Shown piece after piece: positions 11,683 to 23,462 of a DNA stretch of 64,000 nt. Below the pieces are notes generated by a model, which was not told the origin of the DNA, did not search any database, and saw nothing but the letters and a program-made list of their open reading frames with translations. The translations under genes and the position numbers were made by a program. Location: assembly GCF_036321535.1 (NCBI RefSeq), contig NC_087437.1:4526001-4590000 (forward strand), written 5' to 3'. The DNA is from Camelus dromedarius. Lineage: Eukaryota. Each line of letters begins with the position of its first letter. Positions within the stretch are counted from its first letter, which is position 1.

Positions 11683-12870
11683 ACACTCGAGGTATTAAGA
11701 CAAGTACAAAATAACCTTGTAATTAGGAGACCGGATCAGTCATTAAAAAAGGAGAAAGCACGACAGGATGAAGAGATTACAAATGACACGCGTGTGAGCT
11801 GACAGCGGGCAGCTTGGATGGGTGGTTTTGTTTTTTCTTCTCGGGATACTAAGTTTTCTTAACAAAAAAAGGACAAATAAAATACAGCGCCCTAAATATG
11901 TGTAACCGTGAAAACGAGAACGCAGTCTTATAACACTGACACCATTAGCATAACAGACGCCATTGCTTCTACAGAACAGCCTTTGCCGATGCATGCCTAC
12001 CCCTCTCCTAGCTTGCAGGAACCATTTCCTCTAAGAAATGCTAGTGCAGCACAACCCTTAAATAAAGTTTTATTTTTAAAGTTACAGCCTACAGAGAAGT
12101 CAACACCTGGTCAGTCTAGACAAGAGCGGCGACCCTGGCGCACGTGCACGTCCGAGTCGGTCAGTCCACTTGGCTGGTCAGATGAGCTGGTGCGGCGGCA
12201 CCTTCGCTCCCACAGCCGCAAGTCCCCTTCTGCCACAGGCCCCCGCTGCCCCTGGCATTCACCCGCCCCCCCCAAAAGTGCAGCTCACAGTAACCTTTTC
12301 TAGAACAGGATTTTAATTCATGTCCCAGCAAACACACTTTTGTTAAAAGCCCCCTCTGAAAACCAGAGGTAATGAATGTGAATTGTGTTCTTGGATCTCT
12401 TTTAAGCCTTCGCTGGGTCAAAAAGATGTAGTTCTGAATATCTGAGTTTTGTCTTAGGTTCCTGTTTTCCTCCAGATCCCCTGGGATGGAAAGGAGTGAG
12501 CAAGTCCATTTTCCCGAACGATGCAGGGGGAGGCGGGGAGAGGGAGCCGTTGACCCCGGGGGGCTGAGCTCCCCGACCCCTCTCCTGGCTCAAGGCCCTT
12601 CCTGGGAACCAGTTATTGCTTCCGCGACCCTGACAGGTAACGTCCCAGCCCACCTGCCACGACAACTCTGCGGTGAAAAACTCACCAGCCCAGAGCCCTG
12701 CCCCAGAAGAGACCTCTTCAGCCCTCAAGGTCACCGAAACTTCACTAGTGCAGTTTAGAGGAAACGCTTAAGATTTGGCATATATTCAAGGATTATTGGC
12801 ACGACGTTCTCCGTACAGTTTCGTGTATAAATACCGGCGTGTGCGCGCTGGGGCCCGAGCCCCGCACGGG

Positions 12871-13085
12871 TCAGCCGACCTGCACCGCCTTGGCGTCGGC
12901 GAAGCCCGCGTCCCCGGCCGTGGAGCGCTGGAGGGACAGCCGCCGCATCCGGGCCTCCAGGGCCTGGCCCTCTGCCGCCTGGCCGCTGGGGCCCTTGCCG
13001 CCGTCCCCGCTGCTGCTGCTGAGGCCCCGGTGCTGGTGATTGGCTTTGTCACTCGTTTTGTTCTCTGCCCCTTCCGCCCTGTCTC
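12871..13085 (-). CDS. SH3BP5: SH3BP5 (Sab) last coding exon, includes the KIM2-like motif RMRRLSL
   Basis: tttcccag|GAGAC...GGCTGA on -; (G)DRAEGAENKTSDKANHQHRGLSSSSGDGGKGPSGQAAEGQALEARMRRLSLQRSTAGDAGFADAKAVQVG*. Confidence 0.93.
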
Positions 13086-13476
13086 CTGGGAAATGTAAAG
13101 ACCACCAGTGAGTCCCCGACCCGTCAGCCGGCTCACCCTCCGGGCTCTCCCGGTGCCGCCCCGCCCAGCCTGGCCCAGAGGGTCCTGTCATGGGGCTGCC
13201 TGCTGCCTGTTCCTCGAGGGCTGTCTCCATCCCTCATCTTCAGAGAGAGGTGTGACACCTGGCTGGCAGCAGGAAACAGCCCTCCCTGTCTCACGGGAGA
13301 CAGAACCCGGGCTGTCCTTTAAGGAGACCGATCAGGAGTGGAGGCGGGAGCCACGTGTGCCCCACACCGACGGCACGTGCGCAGGGACCCATCCGAGGTC
13401 CAGGGGCACAGGGAGCCGGCTGCGGGGGCCCTGGGCACAGCTCCTGAGATGGGACGGGATGGGCACCACTGCTCAC

Positions 13477-13737
13477 CTCGCTCTACCTCGCACTCGGGGG
13501 AGGAGGCCCCGCTGCATTCGCTGCGAGGGCCCAGCACAGGGAACAGTGCCCCGAACTCCGACAGCGACACGGGGCTGGGCAGGTCCAGGCTGCCGGGCCT
13601 GACGGCCGCGGGGAAGCGCTCAGGCATCTCCAACGGGCTGGTGGGGCCCGAGCTGAAGCTGGACAGGGACTGGGTTTCCGAGTCGTCTTCAGACACAAAG
13701 GTGCTGCAGTTATCATCCTCGAACGCCTCGGAGGCCA
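13477..13737 (-). CDS. SH3BP5: SH3BP5 coding exon with the JNK-docking KIM1 motif RPGSLDL and Ser-Pro sites
   Basis: tcacag|TGGCC...CGAG|gtgagc on -; (V)ASEAFEDDNCSTFVSEDDSETQSLSSFSSGPTSPLEMPERFPAAVRPGSLDLPSPVSLSEFGALFPVLGPRSECSGASSPECEVER. Confidence 0.96.
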
Positions 13738-14419
13738 CTGTGATGAGAGATCAGCTGTCACCCGGGCCCTGACCCACGGCCCCCAGCGCCTCTGGTCGGG
13801 GCCCCATGGGACATGGCCACCGCAGGATCCCGCCACCGTGGACGCCCAGCAGGAGGCACCTGGCCCCCCGCTGGGTCCCAGGGATGCTCATGTCCTCACC
13901 ATCACTCCACAGCATCCCCCTAGAAGTCACTGTCACCAGACACTGCCTGGTGGTGGAAGGTGAATTCAGCCACAGGTCAGGGCTTCTCTCTACCTCAGTC
14001 CCCAAAACAGGCCCCCACATGCCCGGGAAGAGGGCTGGCCTGTGCCACGCATCACGAACAAAGGAGGCCAGACCTGGGGCCGGCTTCTTCCACAGGCAGA
14101 CCCGCAGGCCCGGACAGCCCTGTGTGACGTGTCTGCTGGGGCCTTCGTCACCTCCCAGGTGACTCATGATCTCATACAAGACACGCTCAGCCCACCGACA
14201 TCACTATTTGCCATGAAGGAATGCAGTTCTTTCACAGGGCTCTGGAGTCTGTACCCCGCTTATTTTGTGGACCAAAAGAACCAAGGCCCAGAGACACGTC
14301 ATTCTCGGGGTCAGAAAGCCGCCTCAGCCCCACACACAATCCTATTCCCTTTTCTTCCTCCCTCATCTGTGGAAACAGCCTGCAGCGCCCCAGCGAGGAT
14401 GCCCATCGATGAGAAGTAA

Positions 14420-14545
14420 TGCTGGGCAGAGAAAGCGGGCTTAGATCCGAGTTCACGTCCCACCTTCACAACTCACTGTGTGGCCTTGGTCAAGTTACTT
14501 GACCTCTCTGAGCTTCACATTTCTCTCCACATGGGGCTCAGGAGA
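14420..14545. mobile_element. MIR-like SINE remnant
   Basis: ctgtgtggccttggtcaagttacttgacctctctgagcttcacatttctc core; similar remnants near 26590, 27000, 36620, 45100, 53760, 62730 and 63250. Confidence 0.7.
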
Positions 14546-15231
14546 TGATGCAGACTAAAGTTCTCCCATCAGAGATGCTCAAATTACAATCTCCTTTTTA
14601 CCCTGGGCCTAACACAAACATTTGTTGGCTGAATGAAAAAAACACCTGAGGGGGGAGCTCAGGGCAGAGCCAGCAGCCAGCATTCCACAGAGGAGGCGAA
14701 GAAAGTGTGCAGAGACAGGGCTGATGGACATAAAGGGCGCACGGCAGCCCCCACTATCCATTCCCCAATGGATGGCCCTGGAAAGAGATCCCTGGGGTCG
14801 GGCACCACGTGTGGAGCGTCCCCTGAGCGCCCACATCCCTGCACTGGATCCTGGACACCACTCGATGCACCAGACTAGGGACCACCACAGGCCCCGCTTT
14901 ACTGGTGAAGAAATGGAGACCCAACCTTATTGTCCTGTCCTGGTCATAATGGGGAGGCCAGGACACTAATCCAGTCTAAACCAAAGTCCCTATTCTAGAC
15001 AACGGTTCTTCCCTGCAGGACTTCTCAGAGCCTTGAATAGCTAATTCGTATCTGGAATCTTAGGTGCGGAGGTGTTACATGCTCCAAACTTGCTGGACCA
15101 CAGAATCCTGACTCTGGGGACACGCAGTAGTATCTTGAGCACAGTGTCACACCGAATGGGGAGGCCCCCGAACAGCCCCCAGGCCCTTCTGTGACTCCGC
15201 CCTGAAAGCAGGTCACATAAGCCCAACTCAC

Positions 15232-15451
15232 CAGAAACAGCGTCCGACTCGCCCTTGCCTCCTGACAGGTCCTCAGCGGACGCGCCGCTGCCCTCAGCCC
15301 CGACGCCGCGGCCCCGGGGCCCCATGGTGCCGGAGCGCCGGCGCGCGTGGATCTCATCCGAGATGGTCTCCAGGTTCCGCAGGGCCGCCTTGTACTCGCC
15401 CTTCGCCAGGGCCAGCTTGGCCTGCAGGTCGTCCACCGTCTTCTTCAGCTG
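15232..15451 (-). CDS. SH3BP5: SH3BP5 coding exon (end of the coiled-coil Rab11-GEF region)
   Basis: gagcag|CAGCTG...TCTG|gtgagt on -; QLKKTVDDLQAKLALAKGEYKAALRNLETISDEIHARRRSGTMGPRGRGVGAEGSGASAEDLSGGKGESDAVS. Confidence 0.95.
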
Positions 15452-15769
15452 CTGCTCAGGAGAACAGGAGGCTTGGTCAGGGAGGCAGGCCTGGCCGTGC
15501 TTTTGACTGACAGTTTCAAACACTCCGTGCCCACCACTCCACTCTGCGGACCTTCCCAAGACGGGACTGGGGACCAACTCCTCTTCCACAGCCCTCCACG
15601 CACCGAACAGGGGAGCAGCCACTGCCCTCGACTCCCAGCCCAGTGACCAACGCAAGCTCTGATACCCGGGAACTGCCACTGGCGGAGTAAGGCCAGCAGG
15701 GAGGCGGCAGTGGGTGCCGGGGGCCCAAGGAGTCCGCCCTCCAACCACCTGACCCTGGCGCTGCGGGGC

Positions 15770-15942
15770 TCACTCTTGAACTGCATCCAACCCCCTGGGG
15801 GCTGTGAACCCCACTGGCCGGGCCCCACCTGCACAGCCTCTAACTCAGCAGGTCTGGAGCCGGCCTGGGAATCTGCACTGCCGACAGGCTCCCAGGCCAT
15901 GCGGATGCTCTGGTCCCGGGGGCGCGTTGAGAACCACTGACC
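15770..15942. mobile_element. MER5A-like hAT DNA transposon remnant
   Basis: tctaactcagcaggtctggagc...gggaatctgcact...ttgagaaccactg terminus. Confidence 0.65.
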
Positions 15943-16143
15943 GAGCACAGTGTGGAAAGGGCATGCATGCAGATTCAGAGGGAGTCAGAGACCAAGGCCA
16001 TCCTGAGGCCCGGAGACTCAGCAGAGAACGTGTCTCTCTTCACTCTCCCCAACAGCAGTGGGGCCAGTTGAAAGCCCACTGCAGAAAGGGGGCCTGGAGT
16101 GCAGAAAAGTCCCATCGGCTACAGAGCCAAAGGCTGCACGTAC

Positions 16144-16186
16144 CTCCAGCTGCATGTAGTACTTTGCCTTGAGTTCAAAATACGGC
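16144..16186 (-). CDS. SH3BP5: SH3BP5 43-bp coding exon (not in the ORF track)
   Basis: cccacag|GCCGTAT...CTGGAG|gtacgt on -; (K)PYFELKAKYYMQLE; needed to join the flanking exon phases. Confidence 0.95.
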
Positions 16187-17163
16187 CTGTGGGAGACAGA
16201 AAGGGAACCTGTTAGAGCACTGACACAGCGGCCCCCTACACTGCATGGGGCGTCCCAGGGTGGTGGCTGTGGCCGGCCAGGTCACCCTCCAGCATCTACT
16301 CGGCTTCGCGTGGAGGCCAGCAGATGAGGGTGGTGTGTCCAACTCCCAGGCCCACCAGATGCAGGTGGTCCACCAGGGCCGAGCTGACAGAAGGCCCACC
16401 TCAATATGGGAAACCCGCACATGGGCGTGCGAGTCCCAGGGCCCTGCAGCCTGGCTCGCCCTCCTCTCCGGGCAGGCCAGCTCCCCAAGGCTGAACAGCA
16501 TGTAAGGCCTAGAAGCTGCCTCGATACACACGCTGCTCGGCTGGGCTCACCCTGGGAGGGAGACACCACCCCTTGGCCGGACAGGGGCTCAAGCTGGCCT
16601 CAGGGACTCTGTCCAGGACCGGAGGGATTGGACAGCCTGCAGAGCAGGCCAGACAGGACCAGAAAGGTCAGTCCTCCACTGGTCCCCTGGGCTCTGGGTC
16701 GGCCGGGAGACGCTGGCTCTTTCCAGGAACTGGGAGGGGCGTAGGTCTGAGCATTAAGAGGAGACAATGCTTCCTCTTGAGCCCTTCACCCTCTGTGAAG
16801 CTCGGGGTCTGTCTCGGGCTGGGGGAGCCTGGGCCACCCTGGGTCCTGTCTCTTTGCTGGGAGGCCCAGCAATTGTGAGTGAAGCAGGGGCTTGTCCCTG
16901 AGATCATTACTGCAGAGCAGTATACCGGAGTGGTGGGGGAAGAGCTTGGAGAAAACCTCCACTGAAACCAGTCTGGCCCCATTTCATCAGCTCCTGGTCC
17001 ACAAAGAGTGGGTGTCAGGGACTCAGCGAGCCCCGGGACGCTGACGGGTAAGCTGAGGGGCGGGGCCTCGCCCCTGCTCTCAGCCGCACAGCCGAGGGCA
17101 CAGCCTGAGCGTCCCAGAGCCCAGCCCCGGCCGCACCGAGCACACAGCCCAGGCCCCGCTCAC

Positions 17164-17294
17164 TTGGACTTGTTGATGGCTCGCTTGAGTTTCTTCTCCA
17201 GGTGCCGCATGCGCCCCATGGCCGCGTTGTACCTGGCTGCCGTCTCCTTGTGCACCAGCTCGCTCCTCGTCTTGGTCTGCTCCGCCTCCATGAC
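17164..17294 (-). CDS. SH3BP5: SH3BP5 coding exon (coiled coil)
   Basis: tttgaag|GTCATG...TCCAA|gtgagc on -; VMEAEQTKTRSELVHKETAARYNAAMGRMRHLEKKLKRAINKS(K). Confidence 0.95.
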
Positions 17295-18409
17295 CTTCAA
17301 ACGACAGCAGAGGTCAGCCTGGCCAAACCCAGAGCAGTCCCTTGTAGGGGTGGGACTTGTCTTTTAGAAAAAATTTATTCGAGGGCCTCAAGGGGCAGAT
17401 GAAGGCTAACGTTACGTCCAAAGAGAACAGGATCACTTTTCCCTATTAATCTATTCTGGAAAAGTCATGTCAGGGAAGATTAAATAGCCAAACTGGCAGA
17501 GGCAGTGTGACCAGGCAAAAGAACAAGGAAAAACAAAAATCAAGAGACAGTCATGGAACATTCTCTGATTCAGTCGATGTCCACCTGTCCTGAGACACCG
17601 CCTTAGGGCCCCTCCTGCTCCCACCCTCGGACAGGAGCCAGTGGGCTGGCAGTGGCGCCAGCGGGACCTTCACAGACATGGGGACCTGGGCGACCCACGA
17701 ACCGGGCACGTGCAGCAGGACAGCGGGCCCTGGGGACCTCAGCTGTTCCACCCTCTCCCCAAGCATCCTGAATTAGCTGGTGGACACAGAAGAAACCAGT
17801 CCAGAAGGGTCTGACTTCACAGATTTTGAGGGTCACAAAACCATTCAAACAATGGTTTCAACGCTTGAGATATTAAAAAAAAAAACCAATTAAAACAAAG
17901 CCAGAGGAGGGAACGAGGGACCTGAGAGAAGCTGGCATGCGGTCCCAGACTTGCTTAGATGACCTCAATCAAGACCAAAGGGCCGGGAGAATCCTTCCCT
18001 ATGCCTTGAACCCCAAAGGTGTCACAGTGACCTAAAATGCACTAAAAACATCCTGAGCTTGGTAACTCTGCATCTCGTCTTCAATCTTAAACTTTAAGGA
18101 TTTACTGGTAGGACCTTCGTGAACACTCAAACCCCAAGCTGATCAGACAGGAAGACCATGTATCGTGGCAATCTGTTCCCCTGCAGGAGGACTCAGAGCA
18201 GCGTTCACCTGTAAGGAGCTGCCTGAAAGCATTTTAGACGATCTACGAAAGCTGTGACTTAAGGCGACGGTACAGAGGGTTCCCTGCAAAAAGCAGGGCT
18301 CTCAGCAGCTGCCAGCACACGGGCCCTGCCACCCGGCCACCTCTGCCACTTCCCACCCCAGCTCCCCACCCCACAGGCACGCAACCTGCAGTGGAGGAGA
18401 GCCCCCCAC

Positions 18410-18515
18410 TCCACTTCCTGCCTCCAGGGAGTCACCCAGCGGTTGCCTTGGTGACGTCTCCTAGGTAACCCACTGGCCCCTCCCCCTGAACCCTGGAATC
18501 AGGCAGGTAAGGAGG
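18410..18515. promoter_or_regulatory. Candidate intronic regulatory element (tandem RFX X-boxes, CRE-like site, ETS core)
   Basis: GTTGCCTTGGTGAC 18442-18455, GTCTCCTAGGTAAC 18456-18469, TGACGTC 18452-18458, ACTTCCTG 18413-18420. Confidence 0.4.
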
Positions 18516-21500
18516 GAGGGTGGCACAGGGAGGCTCTACAGGGAAGGTGGAGGGCATGAAAGGAAGAGATTCAGCTCAGCCCCGAGGCGCCCAGGACTCC
18601 ACAAAGGTGAAGGCCAGGCTGAGGGGATCCTGCGCCCACCTCCACACCGCTCCTCCATTTACCACCATTGTATTCAATTCAGAGCCTCAGACACTGGTGA
18701 AGCACCTACTGTGTGCCAGCCTCACAGTGCAGATGCCCAGCAGCACCGCATCACAGTGGGATTTGGGCTGTCAGGCCCCTGGCAGCCCAGAGGGGGCCCG
18801 GCAGCCGAGGCAGTGCTGGGGGGCTGTGGGGCGTGAGGGGCAAGGCACTTTGGACCAAGCGGGGCTCAGCACAGTCCTGCACCCGCTCTCCATGGAATGA
18901 GCACCAGGGCGCAGATGGAGCCTCACCTGGCTTCCCGCTCCTTCCCTGAAGCGGCCAAGTTCCCAGGGAATCAATGCCCAGCACTGACAGCCCTGGACCC
19001 CTCTTTCCCAGAAGATGTGTCCTGGGGACGACCCCCAGGCTCTGTGATCACCTCCGGGTGCATTGGCCTCCGCAGATGCTAATGACTAAAGGGTCCCCAA
19101 ATCCCACAGACCAGCAGTCTTGCCCCTCATGCCCACCCCAGACACCCTGAAACTGCTCACCCATTGCTTCCCACTGGGAAGGTTTGAGGCCTGAGTGGCC
19201 AGAAGAGCCCTGGGCAGGCAGAGGGCAGTGGCCTTGGAGAAGGCATGGAGGAGGACAGCAGAGAACGGGGTCCCCGGTCAGCAGCACAGAGAGAATAGGG
19301 GCCCAGCAGTGCTGACGGCCCCTCCCGGAGCTGCAGGACAAGCAGGCAGCTGGGTCCCCAAGGCCCTACTGACCCTGCGGCCACTGCTCCGCCCAGGCCC
19401 TCTGCTCACAGCAAAGCACAGATGTTCAGACAGACGCTTCCTGCAGGACACTGACCAGCACTGAACAGGCCTGCTGGCCAGTGCTGGGTCCCATCCCAGC
19501 AGAGTGACCTGGACTGACCAGGAGACATCCAGCCAGCCCGGTCCTCTGCCTCGCGTCCAGCTGTCCCAGTCCCTGTCCCCACCCGAGGCCATCCACCCTT
19601 GCTGACGCCCCTATACCAGAGCCAGGAGCAGGGTCCTTTCTCCCGGGAAGGTGGTTTCACAGGCTCTTCACTTCCAGCTGCTTTCTGGTTCTTCCTGCGG
19701 CCCTGGGCGCCAGGGGCCCAGGAGGGTGGCTTCTCATGGCTGCAGGGGACGGGGTGGCACGTACCCACCAGCCCAGGAGAGCCGGCCAGACAGTTTGTGG
19801 GCATGCTGGCCTCAGATCCACGCCCCGGGCAGCTCCACGCTGGGGCCAGGAGGCGAGACTGACTCTGCTTCCCTTCCCCTCGCAGCTGCTGGGTCCCGAC
19901 AGCTCACGCCTCCCCACGTCCAAGCCTGGTCGTCGTCTTCCTCGCTCTGGTCCCGCCGTGCAGACGTCAGAGGCGCCAACTCCTCCCTCCTAGGACGCCA
20001 GGCCTCCTCTCCCTCCCAGAGGGTGAAAAGCCATCACCTCCCTCTAAGGGCTGCTTCGCGGCTAAACCAGGTGAAGCCAGAGGGGCCCTGCGACCTAAAG
20101 CCCAAGTGGGCGCAGCAGGGAGGCCCCCCCGAAGCGCAGCCCGCGCAGCTCTGCCTCCCACCACCGCGGCTTCTGCAGTCTCCTGACCCTGCTCTAAGCG
20201 GAGACCTGGCCCCGCGGCCCCGCCCGTGGCACTGCACGTGGCCTGATGACAGAGAAGCCGGCAGCAACGTGGCTCACAGTGTCCTAGGGTGCTGGCTCCA
20301 GCCCTGCTCCCAGTGGGGCTGCCTGCCGTCTCCCCAAGTCTGAGGGAACAGAAGGGACACACGGATGCCTTCAGGCAAGGAACGTGGGGAGCCCCGGATC
20401 CTTCTTCTATGCCTGGGGTGGGGGTCACGCAGCCCAAACCACCAATTCCTCAAGCGGCCTGGACCTTTCTGAGGTCTGCGTCTTTGTCTAGAGCTGCACG
20501 CAGCGCCTTCAGAAGAGGAGGGTGAGCGGAAGCTCCCTTCTCTGGAAGAAACAGGCCTCCTGGAGGATCCAGGAGTCAGCCAGGGAGCGATTCCAGACCT
20601 TCCGCTGTCTTCGTCCGCCAGCACTCAGGAAGCCGAGCGAGCCAGGCCCGCAGGCCGCGGGGCAGGCTCAGTCACAGGGACGTTCACGCACAGCCACACA
20701 CAGACGTCTGCGCCGCCCGCCACGTCCAGAGAGCACGTCCCCTCCAGGCTGTTTTTTCTCAGCAACGTGGGGATGTGGTCGAGGTCAGCTTCGCATGGGC
20801 TCTGTCTCCTGCTGCTGTCAGTTTCCAACTCTCCTTCCCAGCAGGTCAGAGAGCTGCATCTCAGGCCCGGGGCACGTGGAGGAACCTCAGGAAGAGGAAG
20901 AGCAGCCCTGGGGCCGGGGGCAAGAATCCTGGCCGGGACCCAGGGAGCCTGCTCGTCGGCAGTGGCTACCCTCCTCCACTCCCAACCAAGAAACCTTCGG
21001 TGGCCTCAGTGAGGGCACACATCAGATGCCCTCCCAGGACCCTAAGGAGCCCCACATGACGTCAGGAGGTCCAGGGCCGGCTTGTGCACTCTCACAAGTT
21101 GCGCACTGCACAGCCCTGAGAAGCACCGTTCCCAAAGACGCTGGTGTGAGAGCTGTGCTCCCAGGAGTTGTGCGTGTGGAGGGCCTGGGAACATCCTCTC
21201 CTGGACCCCAGGACTTAAAAAGTAGAAAGGGGAAAAAAAGCAGAAACATGTTTTGTTCTTTTTTAAAGAACAGATTAAGTGATTTCTGAAATAACTGCTG
21301 ACTAGCTGATTTCAATCTCAGTTGGGCAGGAAGGAAAAGCAGGCCTTCAGTTCGTTTCTTGGAAGGAACTACTCTCTTTTTTTTTCATCCTGTCCTTTTC
21401 CCCATCTGTCAGGCTGTGGCTTATAAAATTTTCAAGATTTCCAACCTCCCCTTTGGCGTTTCCCCAGTGGACCCAGGGAAGCTGTTCCCACCTGTGTCCG

Positions 21501-22618
21501 GCTCTCCAAGCATCGTGTCCACTAGGGTAGGAGGCCCACGGCCGCACAACCCCGGCCAGAAGCCTGGGATTCCGGGGGAGGCGGTACAGAGTCAATGCAG
21601 CTTTGACGAGAAGTCCAAGGCGTCTGTGTGTCAGGCTTGCTATTTAAGGAAGCACACAGCTGTCTAATTATCAGCTCCCCCAGGACTTGAGCCACCAGGG
21701 CAGGTGACATTGAAAAGGTTCTATGCCAGCCCTTCAGGCAGCCTCTCGGGGGGTCCAGACCAGGGTTGCCACCCCAACCCCTTACTCGACCCTCCATCCA
21801 AGGCCTCAGAAAGAGCTACCAAAGCCACGTGTCAGCTGACCGCCCCCTCCCCCCCAGGCAAACGAGGAAGGGAGGCATCCGGAACGTCCTGCGTGACTCC
21901 TAGGAGCCTAGCAGAGGCACACAGAAGCGACAGATCAGCTGACCCAAGCGCAGTCCCCTCCACTTCTGATTCTGAGCGATGTGGCCAAGAGGCAGGTCAT
22001 GGGGGCCAGTCAAGGCCCAAATTATGACGGCACCAAAGCCAGGATTCAGGGCTATTCACCGCCCCCTTCCTGAGCACACATGGCTCCCCAGATCCCAGCC
22101 CAGCCTGAAGGCTGACCCGTGCACCCCAGGTTCTGGCCTCCTCCACTACGGCCCCACTTCCACCAACGGCACCCGCGCCCCAGGCCAGGCCCAGGGGGTA
22201 GTCCCCTGCCTAGGACTCTAAACCCGGCCAGCCCCCCAGACTCAGTGTCAGTGGGAGGGGCCCTAGAAAATGACCTGGTTCCTCTGGGAAGCCACAGTCA
22301 GGACGGGCAGGGATGATCTGAATCAGACAAACCTCAAGCGACAGGGGAGGAACAGCTGTGCCTGTCACCGGGTGACTGTCATTGCATCACAGGATGGCTT
22401 AGCCCCAGGCCAGCAGAGACCCCATGGAGTTGACCCCGTGATATACGACACACCTGGGGGTCTGTTCCTCTGCTCGGGGAAACCAGCGGGAAGTCTGGAT
22501 CGGGTGGACAAGGGGGCCCGGCCCGGAGCCTGGGGGTCACCCCTGACGAGCTGCCCACCTCACACAGACACGTGCAAACACAGCGCATGCACCCCCACCC
22601 GCCCCACGGGGACCGTAC

Positions 22619-22783
22619 CCGCTGGGTAGCGTGATTCAGCATCTCTTGCCAGGCCGAGTCGAACTGCCGCTTGTCGTCCTCCAGCAGCCGCTGCTCAGCC
22701 AGGGAGATGGTCTCCTTGGCGGCACGGAGCACCTCGGTGGCCCTCTGGAAGTCCTGTGTGGCCCTCTGGGCTTCCAGCTGAGC
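22619..22783 (-). CDS. SH3BP5: SH3BP5 coding exon (coiled coil)
   Basis: catccag|GCTCAG...CAGCGG|gtacgg on -; AQLEAQRATQDFQRATEVLRAAKETISLAEQRLLEDDKRQFDSAWQEMLNHATQR. Confidence 0.96.
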
Positions 22784-23462
22784 CTGGATGGGAAAAAAAC
22801 CTCATGAGGTCTCAGGAGACATGGGGCTCCCACTGGCCCATCACACCCTCCAAAAGGGGAGCATCCATCCCTCTCTGCCTGCAGCCTGGTAGCAGGCTGG
22901 GTGCCCACAGGTCCATGCAGATGCTGGACGGGGAATGGGGCTGGGTGGGAAGGCAGGGTTTTCACAGCGTGGAACCCAGTGGACCAGATAAACACGCCAG
23001 CTCTCGGTCAGGGTTCGAGACGGCAAACCAGCCCACACAAGCAAGTACAGCCAGCCCTGGCCTTGCACAGAGAAGCTCTCATCAGCTAATGGGGCCGATG
23101 GCATCAGCGATCCCCACGCCACCCCTGCCAAGATCTGTGGTTCCATTCACAGCACGTGAGAACCTGAAAGGCCCCAAGAGATCACAGTGCCATGTGTCAT
23201 TCAGAGTGGGAACTGTGGCTCTGAGAGCTGCCACCAGACTCCGGCTGCTCCGAGTCCCACCCTGGCTCGCTGACTCTGCTGGACAAAACACACCGGCCAA
23301 CACCAGCAATGGGTGAAGGGTAGACCCTAACTGTCCTGACACCCTCCTGACTTTCAGGGAACATCGAGTGGCAGAATCCACAGAAACTGCAGCTGACCCA
23401 CAGCAGACGGGCCCCTCGAGGATGCGAAGCATCATTAATCCAAACTGAGTGCAAAACCCCCA

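Larger units (their letters stand above)
12830..13740. other. CpG-rich, GC-rich segment over the last two SH3BP5 exons (3' CpG-island-like)
   Basis: Dense CG dinucleotides, e.g. gtgcgcgctgggcccgagccccgcacggg, gcgtcggcgaagcccgcg; CpG o/e not computed. Confidence 0.55.

Noticed and set aside
19651..21289. Long ORFs (230 aa and 255 aa); also 30305..30967, 31530..32420, 33875..34495 and 49796..50482
   Set aside because: Low-complexity Pro/Gly/Ala/Arg/Ser translations expected in GC-rich intron DNA. They show no recognisable domain; some run into SINEs or lie antisense to a real exon.
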